Shown one piece after another: positions 59,717 through 64,000 of a stretch of DNA of 64,000 bases (position 1 is the first letter of the stretch; each line of letters starts with the position of its first letter). Location: positions 256,001 to 320,000 of the forward strand of contig CBDCTZ010000014.1 in assembly GCA_965222375.1 (NCBI GenBank), given 5' to 3'. The notes under the pieces are model-generated. The model saw nothing but the letters and a program-made list of their open reading frames with translations, was not told the origin of the DNA and searched no databases. This stretch comes from Polyangiaceae bacterium. Lineage in GTDB: Bacteria > Myxococcota_A > Polyangia > Polyangiales > Polyangiaceae. The translations under genes and the position numbers were made by a program.

Positions 59717-59988
59717 TCCTCGGACGGGTTTGCGGAACCATCGTCGCGTCACAGCAGCACGCCTTCTACGGCGGGCGCAAGCAGCTCCTCGTTCGCTACA
59801 CGGCGCCGGATGGAAGTTTCGATGGCGAAAAATACGTCATCGCCGTGGACATGGTCGGCGCTGGGGTCGGGGAGACCGTTCTCGTGAAGGATGAGGGTAA
59901 CTCCGCGCGTCAGCTGCTGGATACGGACGCAAATGGACCGATTCGTTCGGTCATCGTTGGCATCGTGGACGAGGTTCATACCGCCTAG
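59713..59988 (+). CDS. BMC-P pentamer 3
   Basis: MILGRVCGTIVAS, IAVDMVGAGVGETV, EGNSAR, IVGIVD; ATGA overlap. Confidence 0.92.
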   Translation: MILGRVCGTIVASQQHAFYGGRKQLLVRYTAPDGSFDGEKYVIAVDMVGAGVGETVLVKDEGNSARQLLDTDANGPIRSVIVGIVDEVHTA

Positions 59989-60020
59989 GGCGGCGCGGAA
60001 AGCTGAGAGAAAGAACGGAT

Positions 60021-60668
60021 ATGTCTAATAAGCAGGGCGGCTTCGAACTTCGGACGTACATCTTCATCGATCAGCTCCAACCGCAGCTGGCGCAGTTCAT
60101 CGCGAAGGACAATCGCGTCTACGATCCCAAAGAGTACGACGCAGCCATCATGTTGGAGCTCGCTCCGGCCATGGAGATCCACCGCATGATCGATCTGGCG
60201 CTGAAGAGCACCCGAGTGCGCCTCGGCTCCGTCGTCACCGAGCGGGTGTACGGGCTGATGCAAATCCAACACGAAGACCAAGGCGAAGTGCGAGCTGCGG
60301 GAGAAGCGGTGCTGGCTCAAGCCGGGCTCAAGGCGACGGATCGCTCCAAACTCGAAATCGTCACCAACATGGTGATTCGCGGTATCGAGCAGGACCACGC
60401 CATCTTCTTCACCGGCACTTCCAAGGGCAACATGGTGCTAGCGGATGACTCGGTGTTCATTCTCGAAGTGGCACCCGCCGCATATTTGACGATAGCGGCG
60501 AACGAAGCCCTCAAGGCCGCCCGCGTCCAGCTCAATAGCATTCGCCCCTTCGGCGCTACGGGGCGCCTGGTCATGAACGGCCCCGAGTCGGAAATCGATT
60601 CGGCGGCGGAAGCAGCGATCAGCATTCTGAAGTCTCTGAACGCCGAACTCGAGCAGGCCGGCAAATAG
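60021..60668 (+). CDS. BMC-T(dp) gated double-stacking trimer (CcmP/CsoS1D-like)
   Basis: ELRTYIFIDQLQPQLA, ELAP, DLALK, ERVYG, DQGEVRAAG, ILEVAPAAY..AANEALKAA, FGATGRL. Confidence 0.9.
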   Translation: MSNKQGGFELRTYIFIDQLQPQLAQFIAKDNRVYDPKEYDAAIMLELAPAMEIHRMIDLALKSTRVRLGSVVTERVYGLMQIQHEDQGEVRAAGEAVLAQAGLKATDRSKLEIVTNMVIRGIEQDHAIFFTGTSKGNMVLADDSVFILEVAPAAYLTIAANEALKAARVQLNSIRPFGATGRLVMNGPESEIDSAAEAAISILKSLNAELEQAGK

Positions 60669-60677
60669 TCCGTCAGC

Positions 60678-60720
60678 CGACCCTCGACCACGCAGTCTTC
60701 GGCTGTGGTTTTTGGGGTCG
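60678..60720 (+). terminator. Putative terminator hairpin after the BMC operon
   Basis: ACCAC...CAGTC-TTC-GGCTGTGGT followed by a T-run, nested in CGACCC...GGGTCG, between convergent genes. Confidence 0.5.
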
Positions 60721-60911
60721 ACGCGCTGCGCGATACCCGAAGGGGTGATTCACTGGGGCGGCGCTGGGCCGCTAATCTCGCGTGGGGCCCTGCGGTGCGG
60801 ATGGTGCACACAGGGCGAATTTCGCCAGCCAGGTCTGCCGCTTCCCAAACCAGGTGGTGAGCCGCGACCCAACACTGAGTGGCGTCGACCAGAGGCAGCG
60901 TCCTTGGGCGC

Positions 60912-63900
60912 CTAGCGAAGAACGACGTCGATCCTTGAGACGTCGCCATTGCGCACCGCGCGTGCGTGACGGGCGGGCAAGATCTTGCCGTTCACGGTTG
61001 AGCGGCGTCCGTTGCGGTACGACAGTTCGTAGGAGCGCGGCCGACCTGCGCCGCTTCCGAACGTATTCTTGCGGTTCTTGTTGGCATACACGACCAGCGT
61101 GCGGCCCAAGAGTTTGAACGCGAACGAGTTAGCGGGGATGGCAATCTCCGTCCAGCCGTCACGGAAGTCGTGGTACTCGCGCCGAGTTTCGTGCTCCGTG
61201 AACAACCACCCCGGGAGCCTCGGCTCCAGCGCCATCTCCAACTTGCCCTGGCGGTCCAGGCGAAATGGGTGCTCGCCTGCCACCGCGATGATCCACATGT
61301 GCAAGAACTCGCAGGTGATGCCTGAGAGTCGAGGCTGGAACGCACGCCCGTGCAGTGACGACTGAGCGAAGGCGCTCGACACGATGAAAGACGCGCCTTC
61401 CAAAATGCTGCGCCCGTACACACTTGGATCCATGAACGGGACCAGGGCCTTTTCCGCGTCTTTCCAGAACTGCTCGCTCAGTCCGGAGCGCAAGATCTCG
61501 AGCAGGTACTTGTATTCCATGTGCAGGTAGATGGATTCATTTTCGATCCAGCCCCGCGGGTACGCGCCTACCGCGCGTCCGAGCTCCGGAGTTTCTCCCC
61601 GCATGTTCTCGCAGCTCTTGTACATTTTGAGCTTGCGATCGAAGAGTGGGGACTTGCGCACGGCCTCGTACACGGCCAAGGCATCTTCCTTGCGGTGCTT
61701 CATCCAGTGCACCGGACCTTCGAGAAAGAGCTTTACGGGTCGTTGTTCGAAGTAGAGGGGTACAGCGGTCGGGAGGCCCAGGTGGTTTTCCTCGCCGGTC
61801 GGTTCGTGATCCGTTACGTCGTTGACGAAGTAGGTGAAGGGTACGCCTCCCTTCGACATGACTTTGGAGCGGTTACGGCCGGTGAAAATTCGCTCCAAGA
61901 ATTCGTCTGCGACCGACAAGAACTCGGAGACTTCCCGCACACTGATTCGCTCTTCTCGCCCGCTCACGCCCAGTCGAGTCTTTTCGCGGTAACTCTCTTT
62001 CAGGTCGTTGACTTCGTTCCAGTAGGTCAGTGCTGCGTGTTTGGAACGCGACCCCGAGCGCTTTTGCATGGCCGGCTCCACGCCGCGCAAGAACTCCGCG
62101 AGTTCCGAAAAGACCGAAACTGTCCGCGTGCGTCCGCCTTTGAGTCGCGGCAGAGCCCGTCTTAGGAACCTGACGCTGCGCGCCAGCTCCAGGGTTTCAC
62201 TCAGGCCCGAGCCGAATAGCCCGGGCAGGCCGTTCATGGAATCGTTCCAGCCTGGCTTTCCCGCCTCCTTCTCGACGCCCGTGCCCGTGGCATCGAGGGT
62301 CGCGAGCCGATTCACGACGATGGTGAGCAACTTGGTCAGCAAGCTCGTTCGATAGATCTGCCCCGATCCACAGTCGGCGCGAACCACGTAGGGGTCGGTC
62401 TCACGCCCAGCAATCAGCTCGAGTTTCTCTGGGTCTCGCAGTACGGAGCCATAGTTGCGGATCTTGCCTCCCACGCTGACCGTCCGAGAGCGGCGCGGCA
62501 GAACGACGTCGGGGTCGTCAAAGTAGGTGTAGCTCTTGTCGCCGAGCAAAAGTTCGTCGATGCGGTCCGGGTAGACCATGAGCACCACTTCGAGCAGGTC
62601 CACGTTGTAATGCCAGTGGTCGACCCAAAAACCCTCGTGCAGTGCGCCAACCTCGCACTCGTCGCAGAAGGCCAGCACTTCATCCAAGGTGGACGTGCGT
62701 CGGTCGGCTTCCAAGTTGATTGAGTCCTCGAGGCGCATGATCAAGTCGCCAGGGGAAAAGCCTTTCTGCATCCAAGCAAGTAGCTCGCCGCGCTGCTTGG
62801 CGTTGTCGAGACGCCGTTCGGCCCAGGCGTTGGCAGCCTTGGCGTCGGAGATTCGATAGGTGGTGCCGAGTACCTCTAGCGGGTTGTAGCCATCCAACTG
62901 GATCAAGTTCATGAACGTGCGCAGGTTCGTGGCTTCGACGTCTGGAAAGAACCAGGTGTCCGTACGGCGGTTCTGAAGCACGCTGCGATAGTGGCCCGTG
63001 CCCTGGGACAGGTAGGTCGGGTCGAGCAGGAAGGCGTGATAGTCCCGCTCGAGGTCGCCGTTCTGACGCGAGTACAGGTAGAAGGCGCTCCTGCGATCCT
63101 TCAATTGAAGCGTCATGGGCATTCCGCCCCGGATGACGTTGTCCAAGAAGTCTTGCCGAGAGTAGGCATCGAATTGTGGTGATGCGGACACGGTGAAGGC
63201 GTGATCCGCGACCTCTTCGATGGTGCGTCGATTGTCCTGGCGTTTGTCGTCGATGAAACTCGAGCGGCGACTGCGCGCGATGATGGTGTCCAGGTCCCGC
63301 TCGCTCGCGGCGTAGCCGTATATACAGGACAGGGATGCCTCGCCACCCGCCTTGAGCGCGACGGGCTGGGCCGTCATTGCGGCAGGTGTCTTGTTCTCCC
63401 AAAACTGCTCGGAGGCGAGTACTCCCCGCGAGCCGGACGCGGCGAAGCGCCGCGGTGTCTCGTAATTGAAGGGCTCGCCGAAGACCGCCTCCGGGTCGAC
63501 GATCAGCCCTCGGGGTTCGTCGAAGCCCACCCGCAGGTAGAAGTTGCCGCCCTCGACAGATCCCACCTGCTCACTATCGTTTGCGGTTTGCTTCAGACGA
63601 TACACGGCCGCGCCGCCACGAGCGCTTGCCCCCATCATGCCCTCCACGTGGCGAGGGATGCCCTTGATCCGGGACTGGTCGAGTCCGAACGGCAAGATCC
63701 GGGGTAGTCCGTCGATCAAGTCGATGCGCCGCTCCTTCTTCTTGAGGTTTCGTACCGTGAGTACGCGCACCAGACCGGCAACCCGCTCGCCAGGCAGCCC
63801 GAAATACACCACCTCGAATTCGAGCCCGAGACTTGGATTGACCTCCCTCAGGGTGATCTCTCCGGGGGCGACGGTCATGGTCTGGGTGATGCGTTTGTCT

Positions 63901-64000
63901 TCACTGCGACGAAAGGGCTCGTACACTTGCTTGTCGCCCAAGCGAACGAAAGTCCGGAAGCCTTCCCGCTCGATGCGCATGCACGCCTTATTGAAGGAGT
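60912..64000 (-). CDS. Large glycoside phosphorylase, GH161-like (beta-1,3-glucan phosphorylase); 5' end lies outside the window
   Basis: DNVIRGG, YSRQNGDLERDY, SQG....R...QNRR, IQLDGYNP, EGFWVDHW.YN, EAGKPGWNDSMNGLPGLFGS, GWIENES..LHMEYKY. The frame stays open to the right edge. Confidence 0.75.
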   Translation of the reverse strand, partial: SFNKACMRIEREGFRTFVRLGDKQVYEPFRRSEDKRITQTMTVAPGEITLREVNPSLGLEFEVVYFGLPGERVAGLVRVLTVRNLKKKERRIDLIDGLPRILPFGLDQSRIKGIPRHVEGMMGASARGGAAVYRLKQTANDSEQVGSVEGGNFYLRVGFDEPRGLIVDPEAVFGEPFNYETPRRFAASGSRGVLASEQFWENKTPAAMTAQPVALKAGGEASLSCIYGYAASERDLDTIIARSRRSSFIDDKRQDNRRTIEEVADHAFTVSASPQFDAYSRQDFLDNVIRGGMPMTLQLKDRRSAFYLYSRQNGDLERDYHAFLLDPTYLSQGTGHYRSVLQNRRTDTWFFPDVEATNLRTFMNLIQLDGYNPLEVLGTTYRISDAKAANAWAERRLDNAKQRGELLAWMQKGFSPGDLIMRLEDSINLEADRRTSTLDEVLAFCDECEVGALHEGFWVDHWHYNVDLLEVVLMVYPDRIDELLLGDKSYTYFDDPDVVLPRRSRTVSVGGKIRNYGSVLRDPEKLELIAGRETDPYVVRADCGSGQIYRTSLLTKLLTIVVNRLATLDATGTGVEKEAGKPGWNDSMNGLPGLFGSGLSETLELARSVRFLRRALPRLKGGRTRTVSVFSELAEFLRGVEPAMQKRSGSRSKHAALTYWNEVNDLKESYREKTRLGVSGREERISVREVSEFLSVADEFLERIFTGRNRSKVMSKGGVPFTYFVNDVTDHEPTGEENHLGLPTAVPLYFEQRPVKLFLEGPVHWMKHRKEDALAVYEAVRKSPLFDRKLKMYKSCENMRGETPELGRAVGAYPRGWIENESIYLHMEYKYLLEILRSGLSEQFWKDAEKALVPFMDPSVYGRSILEGASFIVSSAFAQSSLHGRAFQPRLSGITCEFLHMWIIAVAGEHPFRLDRQGKLEMALEPRLPGWLFTEHETRREYHDFRDGWTEIAIPANSFAFKLLGRTLVVYANKNRKNTFGSGAGRPRSYELSYRNGRRSTVNGKILPARHARAVRNGDVSRIDVVLR

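Noticed and set aside
53211..60668. Pdu, Eut, GRM or carboxysome locus
   Set aside because: No diol dehydratase, ethanolamine ammonia-lyase, glycyl-radical enzyme or RuBisCO; the signature enzyme is RpiB-DeoC.

Overview
GC-rich bacterial DNA, most likely a myxobacterium (Polyangiaceae/Haliangium-like). This is inferred from the many Gly-linker/Cys-rich lipoproteins, a membrane kinase-like protein and shell proteins resembling those of Haliangium ochraceum. No rRNA, tRNA, CRISPR array or intact mobile element was recognised. Main contents: (1) a MoxR-DUF58-vWA-TPR 'Bat' operon (7.3-16.3 kb); (2) mutS2, glyQ, an ABC1/UbiB kinase and a Prx-YCII fusion; (3) a eukaryote-type 6-phosphofructo-2-kinase/fructose-2,6-bisphosphatase; (4) a REC-NosP(FIST)-hybrid kinase operon; (5) several gene relics; (6) a partial GH161-like phosphorylase at the right edge. 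The standout is an 11-gene sugar-phosphate (SPU-type) bacterial microcompartment locus at 51.9-60.7 kb: PduS-like, PduT-like, tpiA, an RpiB-DeoC fusion, an acylating aldehyde dehydrogenase and a shell set of 1 BMC-H, 3 BMC-T and 3 BMC-P. It is interrupted by a ~9-copy 63-bp tandem array and contains intergenic hairpins that may set shell stoichiometry. All calls come from reading motifs by eye; no database searches were run.
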